Shown: piece after piece, positions 1 to 14,430 of the stretch
Layout of the letters: each line of letters begins with the position of its first letter
Position numbering within the stretch: the stretch's first letter is position 1
Source: Eledone cirrhosa
Lineage: Eukaryota
Assembly (NCBI GenBank): GCA_964016885.1
Contig: OZ024745.1
Span: 104,594,001 to 104,658,000 of the forward strand
Length of the DNA: 64,000 nucleotides
Reading direction: 5' to 3'
Translations under genes and position numbers: made by a program
Notes under the pieces: generated by a model
What the model saw: only the letters and a program-made list of their open reading frames with translations
What the model was told of the DNA's origin: nothing
The model's database searches: none

Positions 1-1572
1 CCTTGTAGTATTTATTTACAGTTCAATAAGTTCTGATTTCAAATACCACAAAGGAAGTCTTTTCCTTTCACCCTTCTGGGGGTCAATAAAGTAAAGTATC
101 TTTTAAGTACTGGAGGCAGATTTTATGAACTGAACCCTTCCTCAAAATGTGTGGCCTTATGCCAATATTAAAAAACAATAGTGAACATTTCTCACTTTGT
201 TACAAGACCACAAATATTTGAACAGTGGTGCAGCTGATTAAATCAAATCTATATATCATGGTTAGTACTTACATATTATTTGGCCCAGTACTTTACTGTT
301 TCAGCCATTCCACTGTCTTAAATGGATAAAAATGAATAACTAATAAAGGAGTTTTAATGTGGTCACTTAATCTAATGCCTCTAAGTGTGCGCCGATACAA
401 AGTTGCTGTAATGGTGCCGTACTCATCAAAATGTTAAAGTTCAGTAGCTTTGAAATGTTCTGCTCAGGGATTGGCAAAAATTAGAGAGTACAATCATTTA
501 ATTTTTTTATTTAAAATGATTAAAAGTGAATTCAAATCACTGAAAAACATATTAAAAAAATGTTATATCTTTTGTTTAGTTATCAGAAGTATGATGTGTT
601 AGTCAGTCTGCTACTAGTGATTTTAACACAAAAATGACTAACATGTATAAGGATTTGAATGTATAGCAAAATCAGTTGTGTCTTTATTCATTCAATGATT
701 TTGTTCCAAATAATCGAGTTTGTTGCTGATAGCATATCTGTGATGAGGTGAACACCACTAACAGTCAAACACAAAGACAGAACTTTTCAGTATTTAGAAC
801 ATGGTGAAAAGGCATAAACGATTCCATAAGAGTAAAACATTTTATCAAGTGAACAATGTGAAAACCTCTGCAAACAGGTTTTTCTTTTAATCATATCCAG
901 TGTGGCTCCTTTGGTTTGCAAACAAATAATTTGGGTCAAACTGTACAAATGAGTTGATTGATTTAAGAAACAAAAAAAATATATTATTCTACAGATATAG
1001 ACTGTATATGAAAAAAAAAACAGCAAGGTTTCTTCACAGCAAAACTATGCTTATATACATATAATAAATGACATCATAATTAAACTTGATCATCATCATT
1101 TTACATCTGGTTTCTGTGCTAGCATAGATTGTCACTGGCTGGATCATTATGGTCCAAGTCAGTTCTTAATTAGAGTTACTGCTCCCTCAAATAGGTCGCA
1201 GGGCAACATCTCTCTCATACATTCTACTTTTGGCATGGTTTCTATGGTTGAATGTCCTAAACACCCATCATTTTACAAAGTGTACTGGATGTATTTTATT
1301 GTGGCACCAACACTAGAGGCTGTCATATCTTCAGCCTGACGAAAGGGTCCACTTGGCTCTATAATGGCACTTTTAATCAAAGTAGCACCACTTTACTTTA
1401 TTACAGAATGTTTACAAAAATGTCAACACGTCAAGGAGAGAACAGAAAACTTCCCATACAGAGCCTGATGAAAATCTAAGGATACTCGAAAATTGCGATA
1501 ATTAACTTATTGAAATAAAGTTATTGATCAAGTAATCTCATTAACTTAAGTTTTAACTGAAAACAATCTACA

Positions 1573-1936
1573 CATCATCATCACCGTTTTACGCCCGTTC
1601 TTCCATGCTAGCATGGGTTAGGCGGGTTGTCCTGTTATGAGCAGTGTCCGGTCGGCTGACCATGCCTTGCTCATACGGGAACTGATTCTGGCTTGATTTC
1701 TACAGCTGAATGCCCTTCCTAACACCAACCTCATTTACAGTGAGTGCTGGGTGCTATTTTCCGTGGCGCCTACATGTCCATTTTACAGTGTGGGCTGGGT
1801 GCTTTTTTGCCGTGGCACCTCCACAACCACTTTGCAGTGGGAGGGTGTGGGGGCATATTGTCTATATGCTTCAGCTTTGGCTTGTACCCGTGGGGGGGGG
1901 GGGGGTCGGGTCTTCTGTATTACTGCGTGACGCCAG
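1573..1936 (-). mobile_element. RTE LINE 3' end fragment (family A)
   Basis: Reverse-complement match to the 3' UTR and (GAT)n tail of the RTE copies at 25830-26185 and 44127-44489. Confidence 0.85.
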
Positions 1937-3371
1937 CAAAACTAAATATGTTTGTCTATATACAGATTATTTCATATGCTGTTTAGTATAATGTATAATC
2001 ACCAAAGTTTTATAGGTACATTGGGAATGTTCTAAAAGTTGGCTGAAGTTTACTTTATTCAATTAACCTATTGTTATTGCTGATGTTTAGACCTGTGTCA
2101 GCCTTGAACCAAGAAACTTGTAATCAAAGTAATTCCAGCTATAACCATCTAGTCTTTTGTTTCCTGTCTTTTTTCTTTCAAACAGTGTCTATGATCACAC
2201 TATCCAATATGTCTTCTTAGCTAATTTGTTTATTTGATAAATGAAACTGAAATGCTGTAAAGTTTATATATTTCAGATATTGAAAACACTGAACTCCACC
2301 ATTTCAAATATCTTACTATTTATTTAATAATTCTCAGCCTTTAATAAGCAAATTTATAACCAAAAACTTCCAGCCTTATATATTTTTACATATCCTTCCT
2401 AATTTTTTAAGTTTGAAATAGATTTAGCTATCATTTGTAGCATGCCAAGAAACTACATAGGCACTCTCTCATCAATTAGAATAATTCTGAATGAAAAGTA
2501 AAACTTGATGATTTTTGTAAATCTAAAAATTTATTTAGTTGCAGATAATTTGAAAACGGTTTTGCATATAAAAATCCAATTTACCGAATAATTTTTTAAC
2601 TTAATAAACTTTACTATAAAATCTTTTCACATAAAATAGAATGCTTGTCTTATAGTACCTTGACTAATTAAACAACTATTCAATGCATACATTGAATATC
2701 TTAGGTGAGGGACAATTTGTTGGAGGTAATAAATCATATCCATACAAACCCACCTGAGTCTGCTCCAAGTTTTAGGATACAAAACCATACATGTTCAGAT
2801 TTATATTTAAAACTTTTATAATGATTTTATATTAATGTATTTCTTTTATGTAACAAATACCAAATATCTGATTAGACATGTCAGTAGCTATAAATTATTT
2901 CTGATGTCAATATCCCTCAGTATTTAAACTTTATTAATTCTAAATGCTAACTCAATCCACTAAATACGACCTCTAAGTGCTACAACTATATAGATTTAAT
3001 CTATGATTATGTGTAGTAGAATATGAGTAATTATGACAATATTAAATCAATTCATGTCCTTTATATTATCAGTTACAATATATGAGAATTGCAAAGGACA
3101 CACAAGTAATAATTACAAATGTATATCAATAGTGTTGAAGGCTACATTATATGTTAATTGGTTTGATAAAGTTGCCTACCATATGGTATTTGGTGGTAAA
3201 TTTGAAAGGACGCTGAATAGAAAACCTTGTGGTACTTTCTTGTCTCTTTATTATCTGAGATCAAAGCCTGCCCAGACTGAAGGTGCATTCTTCCTTATAA
3301 GTTTGATAAAATAAATACCAGTCTACACGTACTGAGGTTCACTTTGACTATACCCTTGAAAATAATAATAA

Positions 3372-3510
3372 TAATTGTTTCTACTTCTGGCGCAAGGCCA
3401 GCAATTATCCCAGTGTATTACTGGTACTTTATTTTATCGACCCCGTAAGGATGAAAGGCAAAGTTAACCTCAGCGGGATTTGAACTCAGAATGGCAAGGG
3501 CCGTAATAAA
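3372..3510 (-). mobile_element. tRNA-derived SINE, partial
   Basis: Reverse complement of GAGTTCAAATCCCG...GCCTTTCATCCTTACGGGGTCGATAAAATAAAGTACCAG...AGTAGAAACAATT, repeated more than 20 times in the window. Confidence 0.85.
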
Positions 3511-5352
3511 TAAACAAATAAAAAATAATAGTTTGAATGCTAAAGCAATTACTATATTATTAATCTAGCTTTATCCTATGCACATGATACACAAGAGTGC
3601 AGATATGTTGGTGTGGCTAAAGTTTGCTTCACAATCATGTGATTCTAGATTTGATTTCATTGCACACAATTTTGGGCATCTTCTCCTATATACACAGGTT
3701 GATCCAAGCAATAAGAGTGAATTTGGATGGGAGAAAACAATGGATAAATCATTGTTCATTTTAACACAACCACCTGGTCCTTGGGAGCCTTTAATAGAGT
3801 CAACTCTGTTGCAAACAGTGGGACCAAGTTTGGTCTCTGACCTGAAAATAACCAAGGTGTCATGTTTTCTTCATCCTCTTCCTCTACCAGTTCAAAAGTC
3901 ATGCAAGTACTCACAAACACTGCCCTTCCTCCTTTGTCAAAGCAATAAAAAGTTACACAACATATTTCCAGTTATCAAATATTCTAATTTCTCTTTTGTC
4001 ATATTTTTTAAGCTATGCTTGAAATTTATTAGAATGTCTATTATGAACAATTTCATTAATGATAAATTTAAAATATAAATGAGAAATTAAATTTTAAATT
4101 AACACTTTTAGAACTTTTCACCTTTTTTTGTATATATCAAAGAAATATTACCATTCTTTCAATAGTAAATTAATAAATAGTGAAACATAATGTAGCATCT
4201 TTTTTTAAACACCACATTTATTAACAAGTACTTAGAATTTAAAAGAAAATGTGAAGGAAACAAAACCCTTAAAAGGAGTGACTCATACAATTAAGAATTT
4301 GAATTCTCTTTTGTATACGAACACAAATGACTAAACACTATCAAAATGATGTAATATATTGCTGGTGTAGTCTTCATAACAAAATTCTTGAAAAAGCTAA
4401 AAAGCATGAGATAAAGGATAAAAACGAAGTTGGATACACAGAAAAACATAAAATAAAATTGTAAGTAAAAACAAAAAACAAAGAAAATGATAATGACAAA
4501 AGATCAAAGAATTATTATCACATTAAATGAAGAACTTTCTCAAAAAGCATTCGTTAGTAAAGATTAAAGAGCTAATTAAAAACAAAAACAAGATAGTACG
4601 TTTATAATTAGCACCGATTTGTAATTCTACTCTAGGTCTTCCTTTAGAGATGATAAAAAGAAATTAAAAAAAACCAAGGGCTTTTACTTTAGGCATGAAA
4701 CTGAAGACTTTCAAATGTTTTTAAGAAAGAGGAAAAGAAAAATCGTGACAGTCATATCTTTCCCAAGAGCATATGTGACATAAGTGAAGTGAAATAGTCT
4801 AAATCAGGTATGTAGCTGAAGGTGCTGAGAATGTATTGCTTTATTGCATTTCCCAAATAATTATATTATTTAATACTGTAAGAACAATTTTGTAAAATGA
4901 AGATTGTATCGTTGATATAATTCAACTCCAATATAATTTCAGTATAAAAGTTATGTTCTTATGATCTTGAAAAGCTTCTTAGGTCTAGCAATTAGTTCTA
5001 GTTTTAATGGGGAGATAAATGTTCTCTTTGCAAGGATATAATCCTAGTAAATTATGAGTAACATTTCCAGATAATCTGCTAACTATTCTCCAAAGTTGGA
5101 TGAACCGAAGCAATATAGAATGGAATAATCTACCCAGAAACATAAAATGTCTCAGTAAATTTGAACTTAATGCCTGAGAAAGTAGTATAATGCCTTATTG
5201 TTTCCATTATTCATCTTGCCCTTACTATATCTGAGATGTATTCTTAACTAATTCCAGTAGAGCAAAAACCAAAGATCATCATCATATAACAAGCATTTTT
5301 TCATGCTATAAATTGTATGGTTCTACCTTACTGGATATCATCACTTATCATT

Positions 5353-5539
5353 GGTGGATTGGCAGTATCGGTAGAGGGTCGGACGCCATGCTTTCCAGCA
5401 TAGTTACGTCCCTTTACGATCTGAATTCAAATCCCACCGAGGTTGACTTTGCCTTTCATCCTTACGGGGTCGATAAAATAAAGTACCAGTAATGAACTGG
5501 GTAATTGCTGGCCTTGTGCCTAAAGTAGAAACAATTATT
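5353..5539 (+). mobile_element. tRNA-derived SINE, full length
   Basis: Head TGGCAGTATCGGTAGAG, B-box-like GAATTCAAATCC, conserved core and ATT tail. Confidence 0.85.
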
Positions 5540-5842
5540 TATCATCTTTTCTAGGAGGACAAACATTCATAGGTCTCACCATTACACCTTCCTATATCCT
5601 TGGCTTTGCTTTATTATGGGCACCTTCACTGTCAACACGACAGTTTTTCAGTCTGTCTTCATCAACCATCCACATCACGTCCATACTGATGCAATTGTTT
5701 CTCATGCATACATTAACTTATCTGATGCCTTGCCATATTCTCAGCTTAAGTGTGCTTTACTATTTGTACAAGTTAATACTGTGAATGGACCTCATTCTTT
5801 CCAAGTCTTCCACAGACAATGGCCTGTTTCACTGCCAAATAA

Positions 5843-6025
5843 TATAATTGTTTCTACTTTTGGCACAAGGCTAGCAATTACCCAGTACCTTACTGGTACT
5901 TTATTTTATCGACCCCGTAAGGATGAAAGGCAAAGTTAATCGGCAGGATTTGAACTCAGATCGTAAGGGGACGTAACTATGCTGGAAAGCATGTCCAACC
6001 CTCTACTGATACTGCCAATTCACAT
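5843..6025 (-). mobile_element. tRNA-derived SINE
   Basis: Inverted copy of the same family. Confidence 0.85.
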
Positions 6026-9000
6026 AATGATTCTTACATATGCTCCAGACAATCTTCTATTTATATTAAAGAGAAACATTTTATTACCAACTATCCTTTC
6101 TTACTCTAGTCTTTATAATTTCACTATAATTTTCTTTACTCTATATTTTCCCTATAATTTACCTTTAGCACTGGAATATCTTTATAGGTATGAATCCAAA
6201 CTGACCTGAAGCTAAATAGCAACATGAAATCTAGTGGAATATCTTGGCTTTCATATAACTTCTTTCTCCTATGTGCTATTTGTTTTTTAAGTGGTCACAG
6301 CATGAACAAATGGTTAAGAATTTTGCTTCACAATTATAAGGTTCTGAGTTCCATGACACTAAGTGGCATCTTGGACAAGTGTTGGTTACTATAACCACAA
6401 GTGGACCCATGCTTTGAGAGTTAAATTGGGTAAGCAGAAACTGTTTAGCAAACCATAAAATGGACTGTACTTGTAATCCAAAAGTCAGCCTCATCACACA
6501 TTTTATTATGTTGAATCTCACCAAGAATTATATTAAGGGTATGTCTATCTGTGGAATGCTCAGCCAATTACCTGTTAATTCCATAAGCAGATTATTCTAC
6601 TGATTGAAAAACTGAAACATTTACCATTGAAACTGACAGAAACTCATTTAACTATTTTTAAGAATTTTTTTCTTAATTTTCCTCATACTCAGTCTCAAGT
6701 CATTAACCATTAATCTATGATGTGAGCTACACACTTCATCAGAGAGAAAACTGGTGTTCATCCATTGCCCTATTTAACACTACTACCTGGCCTTTGGATG
6801 CTTTTAGTGATGATTACTCAGTTGTTAATAGCTCACACCTGCATAGGTTAAGGAGACTGTTTATAATGATGTTTAGGTATTTTAATGCTAAAGGCCCAGT
6901 CCTTTCGTATCATCAACATTTTCCCACAAGACATCTTGACTGATGCTAACAATTCCCCCAATCTACTATATTGATCACTACATTATTTATTGATCTCTAA
7001 AAGCTGAAAGGCAGAATTTGAACTTTGTGTGCAAAGAGCTGGAACAAAATCTGCAAGGTAATTAAATGTCGTTATACTTTAACAACTCCCAATTTGCCAT
7101 CTTAAAGTCAGTCCCCTCTCTTGGACCAGAAAGATTAGCTGTTTCTTTTAGCAGATTGAGTGACTCAGAGAGTACAACCAGTCAAGTACCGGGCTTAATT
7201 TAATCATCAACAATACCCTCTCTCCTAAATATGAGCTCTTGTGATCAATATGAGAAATCAATAACATTCTTCAGTGCAAAGTGGTGAAGAGTGTTTCCCT
7301 CATTACTTTGTAGTGTTTAGTTCCATCACTCCATATTCTAAGTTCAAATTTTGGCCAAACATTATTTTACCTGTCATACCAAGTGGCAATTATTTACAGG
7401 GATCAGTTCAATTGACTATACAATTATTCTACAATTTGTGGAACAGTGCCAAAGTAAAACAAAAACAAAAAAAGTAAACCTTACAGCTCATTTGAATTAA
7501 TAACTAATCACCAATTTATTTACAACTAAGTAGTGGTGATAAAGCAGTTATTTGTTAAAAGACTTTAGAAAGTAAGTTTTTCCCCCAGAAGCAACACAAA
7601 GGAATAGTGAACAAGGACAAATTTAGGTTTATTTCAATTAACCTATAATTAGAGTTTTTCATTACACATAATTAAAAATTATTTTAACAAATACCACAGT
7701 TAATTTGCTCCTGAAACCTGTTTTAAGGCACAGATTATTTACTTCAATAAGAAGGATTCTATGATGATAATGATGATGATGATAACTGTACAAAGTAAGT
7801 TGTTGTTTAGCTTAGCTGTCCTAAATGAGAAAACCTTATGATCAGACATTACTGTTAAGACAATCCAGTCTATTTTCAACATAGTTTATCTAGAACCATA
7901 TCATTGAATATATCCTTCTTTTGTAAGTCAGTAGGTGTAGTTTGAGTTAAATTTAGCAGTTATTTCTACCAAGTCAAGTAAAGTGGTGTCAATGCCACCA
8001 TAAAAAAAAATAAAATGTGTCTATCATCACTACCAACATGTATAATAGTTCAAAATCAATGAGAAATCATCTATGAGATCAATCAACCTGTTAAAAATTA
8101 CCCACAATTTAATCTGTTCCTTCTATTTCTTACTCAACTTTCATTCCTATTTCACCTCCTCTTTCCTTTACTTCATCTATTCTATTTCTACCCTTTTTTT
8201 AAACTTTTGTCCCAACTAAATCATTTTTCTAGTTATTCTTCTTGGTGATTCCAATCTTGGATTTCCGCCCTGCTTACGGATTTTCCATAGACATACACTG
8301 TAAATGTGGTTGGTGTTAAGGAAAGGCATCCAGCTGTAAAATACCCAGCAAAATTTAGTCCTCATTGGAGCAAGGTACAATGTGGCTAGACTTGCCTCCC
8401 AGCATGGACAACCCATCTAACCCATGCAAGCATGGAAAAATGGACGCTAAATGGGGATGATGAATTTCATATAATTATGCAGGCCTACTGACTGAACATC
8501 GACCATATTAAATTCACTTGCAATAGGGCTTGCAATAGTCATGTGCCATTCCCTACCATCTCCAATGGCTACTTTATACAAAAATAACAATGATTTCCCA
8601 TCACACCTTCATTTGTCACCTTTCCTGTATGCTCCTATAACACTATTATTTCATTGGTGTCAGTCATCAGATGGGGGCCATACTAGATGACTGCTTTCTA
8701 GGATATAGTTGATCATATTGATGTCAGTACTTGATTGATGCTTACTTTGGAAGGCTGTCAGCTTGAATTTAGAATAAATGAGGACATAACTAAATAGGAG
8801 GAATTTTGTCCAATGCTCTATTAATTTTGCTATCAACCATCCATAGCACAAACATTTAAAAAGCAAGTGTGCAGAGTCTTTTAAACACCAATATACAGTA
8901 ATGTGAACATACAAGTGTTGATTCAGTCAACAGTGCTACTCTGCATTTAACAGAAAAGGTATTATCTATTGTTGTGGGAGCAATGGGTGCAAGCATAGGT

Positions 9001-9356
9001 GAAGCTAACCACATGTGCATATCTTGGTGGTAATAGCAAATATTCAGTTAAGAAGTTTGTTTTAAAATCATGAGGTCCTGGATTTGATCAGCCAGCACTT
9101 CATCTTGGGCAAGTGACTTATACCATAGCTTTTGTTCAACCCAATCCTTGAGTGAAATTAGGTACATGGAAACTGTGTGGAAGCTATCAAATGGAGTATA
9201 ATTAAATTCAAATGTTCAACCACATCACATATTGTCACACTGATTCACTTTGAGAATTACATAATTTAATGATTAGAATGCCCAATTGATCAAACAACTG
9301 AATGCTTATTGTCAAAATCAATGGAGGATCTATCAATAAATGGATATCATCAATAA

Positions 9357-9388
<32 letters not shown>

Positions 9389-12333
9389 TTACCTTTTAGG
9401 CTACAAAAATGAACACCAAAAAGATGTTATGCAGGACAAAATCAAATCTTTACATCAAGAGTAGAGAACAACTAGTCTGCAGGTGAAATCTCACCAGCAT
9501 TCAACTCTTTTGTAATCATATGAAATCTAATAAACAATTCAGAGATTCACTAGAAATATTATTTTATTAAGAAAGTAACTTAACATATGGCTCTTATATA
9601 AAATTATGCTGGAAGACTTTAAAATGGGTGGTCTTGCTTCATAGAACCAACACTGGTTTTAGCCTGGTTGGTATCAAAAGGATTTATGAAGAAATTGTAA
9701 ACTGTTGAAGTCTCTAAAAATTATGAAAAACGTTGTTCAAAACTTAATACCAGGACAGTTATTTGATATAAGTTGCATACTGTTTATTTATTAACCCCCC
9801 CCCCCCCCGACTGTGATATGAAAAACCGTTTCCCATCCTTGCTCTACACAGTCGTTCCACCTGATAGGAATAGCAGCCAAATCACCTTCAAGTCGCACCT
9901 AACCATCTTTAAAAGAAAAAGAAAGGCACGTTGAATAATGGTAGTCCAGGCACATTATGCCTGAAAATGAAAAAAAGACTGGAGAGTCATGACTGGGATA
10001 TTTTTTAATCATAGTTTTGTAAGACCGGACTTACTTTGGGCTAAACAACAACTAATATTTATTGACTGTATTAGCACTCTTCTTAATTTGGCCTAACAAA
10101 CTAGTTAACAGAAAATTTTAAAGTTTTTGTAGAATATTTTCATAAATATATTTTTTCGTTGGCTTGGCAGAATCTTTTGAGCGGCATTTGGTTAGGTCCT
10201 CAGTTCAAATCCCATTGAATTCAACTTCGCCTTTCACAAATTAAAATACCAGTCGAAGTACCAGTGTTGATTTAATCGACTGAATCTTCTCCCCAAAATG
10301 TGTGAACCTGTACTAATGTCAGAAATCAATATTAATTCACTCATTGAATAAGATTTAAAAAAAGCAGGTTTGAAAGAAGCGCACGGAATTATAGAAACAG
10401 ATTTCATTTGTAATAAATAGGCCGAGATGAAGAGGTATCACATATACTTAGAAGCTACGATTAAACAGAATTAGTTTGAAGCGGGGAATCCTCGAAGCAA
10501 TCAATTAACAACAGACACGATCTAAAGAATATGGGATTCCAAAAGAGCGATCACATGACATGAAAGAACTAGCTTCTTACTCCTCACCACCACTATAATC
10601 AGTAAATGAACCACCGCTGATCCAACCCGGCAGTTATTATCGACCGACGAGAAGGAAAGAGGGAGAGAGGGGTAGAGATGGGGCGGGAGTAAAGGTGCGC
10701 AATATATATCAGGAGGAGAGTGAATACAATGACAAAAGTTGGGAGGTACGAAACTGGTGTTCGGAATTGATTTAGAGAGGGAACCGGTGTCACCAGTATT
10801 TTGCCCAGGAGTAACGACACAGAAATGAAAAGCATTCTTGGCATTTAAAGATGGCAGCATAGTGTTGCATGTCTAATCGAATCGATTTTGGAGATTGCTG
10901 TTATTGTTATAGAAAACGAAAGTGGGTTGGTGGGGAGACTATTCTAGATAATGAAATACAAATAAACACAGACAATAAGATCAGAATAAAGAAATCTATA
11001 TCTAAAGCGAAAGAGGAAGTAAAAAAAAAGTTTGATTATTTGTAAAGAGGTAAGAATTTACCGAAGACTCAAACATCGAAATGGGCCTTCAGTAACAGAA
11101 TTACAAAGCAATTTTCAAAGTTAGCAGCATGTATACTAGTCTCAGAGGAAGTCGCTACTGAAAATATGATACAAACTAGTAACATGAGAAGGAAGTGAAA
11201 GAAAGAATGAGAGACGAGACAATTAAAACACGAGAAGGAAGTGAAAGAAAGAAAAACATGAGAGGAGACGAGATTCCGATCACTTAGAGAAGCAGTGATT
11301 TAAAAACGCATGCAACTGGCGAAGGCGTCTTTTCACCTACTCGATAATCTCTGATTTTCTCTAAATACATGTTAATCGCATTTAAAAATATGTACAAACG
11401 ATTACAATGTATCATATCTATAAATAAATAAATATATTTAGGCTATCGAATTAAAATAAAAAGAAACTGATTTTTTGTTTGTGTTTTTAAAAACATTTCA
11501 TTTACCAATTTAAAAGACATACACACAGACACATGCATAAAACATGTAGATAGGTCGGTCAGGAGTGTTAATGTTAAATATTTGTATATTTATGGGAGTG
11601 TACACTATTTCAATTGAATTTGACTTGTTTGATTGGGGCGTTTGGATCTGGCCTATAAGATCGGTTTTAAAAGTTGTAAGATGTACATTACAACTTAAAT
11701 TTAAGAAACATACTTGTTCGCTGAGAGAAATCGAAATCTTTAAATTTCTTAATAGATTTGTGTTGACAACAATAAATTACCGAAACATTATATTTAGAAT
11801 AAATCGACCGATATACATTAAATATATGACTGGTTTTGGTTCCTTGCTTCGCATTTAAAAAATAAATAAACTATAACATCGCTACCATTATCAGAATTAT
11901 GTAAAAAAAAATATATATATATGTATTAAAATACATACAGAAACACCTTTTTAAAATCATTATGTATAAGAGTGCTTTTAACCAAATAGGTTCATATAAA
12001 TGAGACTGTATATAGCCGCCAGCGTACCTTGCACACTTTGATAGTTTTAGAAATCTGAATACATCATTAGTAACAAAGAATATGTATACATACTTACATA
12101 CAAACAAAACTATTCATTCACAACAATTAATAGTCCAAACTACTACAATACAATTATTTTTGGCAGTTCCTTATTAGACACGCTTACAGTCATATATTTA
12201 AATGGGTCTAGTATTTATTTTAACGCAAATTCTTCGTGCTCCGTTGGTGCAACTACTTTCAAGACTTCGGCAAATCAAAAGGGGAATAGAAAGAGTGAAA
12301 AACAAATAAGAGTGAACATAATATACATACATA

Positions 12334-12375
<42 letters not shown>

Positions 12376-12403
12376 ATTGAATAAGGAATTGAAAGTAACT
12401 CAC

Positions 12404-12621
12404 TTTTGAGGAAGTAACTTCACAATGAGACAGTTGACAGTGGTAGTAATGAGAGAATGTATTATATGCAGACGACATATCAACAGAGCCATAATGGCAC
12501 CCATAAGTCCAGTAATGGCCCTTTTGCCCACTGCACTTCGCGTTACCTTCACCACATGTCCAAATGGTATAGACAGCAACAATAACGTTACATAAACGAT
12601 ATCATCTAAGGGCATACTCAT
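12404..12621 (-). CDS. MBOAT7: Lysophospholipid acyltransferase 7 (MBOAT7/LPIAT1) ortholog, first coding exon
   Basis: MSMPLDDIVYVTLLLLSIPFGHVVK...KRAITGLMGAIMALLICRLHIIHSLIT resembles the MBOAT7 N-terminus as I recall it (human MSPEEWTYLVVLLISIPIGFLFK...GPHTLHSLVT). The exon ends at a canonical donor CAAAA|GTGAGT (12403-12398), phase 2. Downstream exons were not located in the window. Confidence 0.85.
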
Positions 12622-12739
12622 TTCCAGGCCGTTACTATAGACGCTTCTAAAGCATCAGGAATATTGTTTTTTTTCTGTTATTCCTTGCAAGCTATCCTCC
12701 GAAAAAATCACAATCCCCCCATGCATACCCTTGATAGTC

Positions 12740-12850
12740 TTTACACTAACTCGGTTCGTTCTACTGCTTTCCTCTTTGTTACAGTCTGTTCCGGTAGATG
12801 GCGCTCCTGCTTCTTAAGCTTTACTTCCGGTAATTTATAAGCACGCCGCA
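12740..12850 (-). promoter_or_regulatory. Putative MBOAT7 promoter with ETS and CTCF-like motifs
   Basis: Local CpG enrichment; ACCGGAAGT (ETS, minus strand, 12823-12831) and CCGGTAGATGGCGCT (CTCF-like, 12791-12805) lie 170-210 bp upstream of the ATG. Confidence 0.55.
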
Positions 12851-14305
12851 TTAGTTTATGTTGATATTTAAAATAATCTTTATGTAGACTTGTATATATA
12901 TATTTATATATAAATATATTTAATTTACCTTGCTTAAACTTCGAACTGTTATGTTTTTATCTTAAACATATTTTTTTTTATTATTAACTGACAAAACACG
13001 TACAAACACAAACATTTTACATAAAAATCGAAGAATTGTTATGGTTGTTTAGCTGCAGGGCAACCCAAGTCTAGTTGCTCTGACGTCCAACCATGACCAT
13101 TACATCTTTTTAATGGTATGTAAAACTATATTATCTAATCTGCTGCAGCCTTATATAAGACTAGGATGTGATTTGAGAGAGATTTGGATACTTTATGTAT
13201 TATGTCGAACAACTACGTACAGGGAACTGCAGTTTAGCCCATGTCTGTCCTGGTCAAGAAAATCTATTATCAAGGTATTCTCGTTGTGATTATCCCTGTG
13301 TTTTTCCTAAATGCAGTGCTCCCAGGAAGACACGATCCAGTATGTTCTTCTGTTCTATGTCTATAGAATTGATTTGAAAAGAATTTGACTACTATTTCTA
13401 GCAGGACAGGCAACTGTGTCGAGGCTTCCTCGTTAGTTGTCGACTGGACATCAAGGAGTGACGCAGATGTCTCAATTTAGCAGGTGACTTTACTGCACAC
13501 ATCGACACGCAGTAATGAATCGGGTATCCAAATTTTACGGGTGGGGGGAGGGGGGGGGGGGTGAAAACAAATATTTAACGGTCCGATTAATTTTCGTTTT
13601 TGTTTATATGCATTTAAAAATTGCATAATTCTAATAAATTGTATTTCAAATCGTATTCTATTGAAATAATTAATTGTATTAAATTTTATTTAATAGGTGA
13701 AGGTATGGCTGTGTGGATAAGGTGTTTGCTTCGCAACCATTTGGGTCTGGGTTCACTACCTCTGCGCAACACCTTGGTTTTCTATTATAACCTTATGTAT
13801 GTGTGTGTATACAATGTATATATATATATCATCATCATCATCATCAGTTTACGTCCGCTTTTCCTTGCTTGCAAGGGTGGGACAGTTCCTCTTCAGCACA
13901 ACATCTCTCCTTCCGTCATCTCTGTGAACTTCAGCGCCCATTTATTGTACTTTGGAAGGGTCATGCTGCTGTTATATTTTGTCTCTCCTTTGTTCTGTCC
14001 TACACCATCTTGTTTTTGTGAGCTGTCGAAAAGAACAAAAGCAAGATTATGTAGGACAGAACAAAGAAGAGACACAAAAGTAGTCACTGAGGGGGTCACA
14101 GAATGTGTGAAGAAAAAGCTTTTTATAATGATAAATTGAAGTGAAACTCAACATGCGCGTGTGTATTTTTATTGGTAGCATGACCCTCCAGAGTATAACA
14201 ATATCTGTTTCAACACACATTTTCAGATTTTAAAAAACCTTGCAAAATAAATACGAAAAGGATCTATGTGTGTCCATGTCTATGTTTATGGTTGTTCATT
14301 AATAA

Positions 14306-14430
14306 CCATTCTGAGTTCAAATCCCGCCGAGGTTAACTTTGCCTTTCATCCTTACGGGGTCGATAAAATAAAGTACCAGTAATACACTGGGTAATTGCTG
14401 GCCTTGTGCCTAAAGTAGAAACAATTAATT
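14306..14430 (+). mobile_element. tRNA-derived SINE, 5'-truncated
   Basis: Same SINE core and tail. Confidence 0.85.

Noticed and set aside
1455-1510. CTGATGA...GAAA hammerhead-like motif
   Set aside because: Stem II has only 3 bp and stem I does not pair; at best a heavily decayed copy
3578-4078. 166-aa plus-strand ORF
   Set aside because: Overlaps degraded SINE-like and AT-rich intronic sequence; no domain similarity
8660-8914. Hydrophobic minus-strand ORF as MBOAT7 exon 2
   Set aside because: Lacks the expected H...W.F.YL.FFR and NAVQLLLTL motifs
10522-10860. 112-aa ORF as a protein-coding gene
   Set aside because: No recognisable domain; composition fits a UTR or promoter region better
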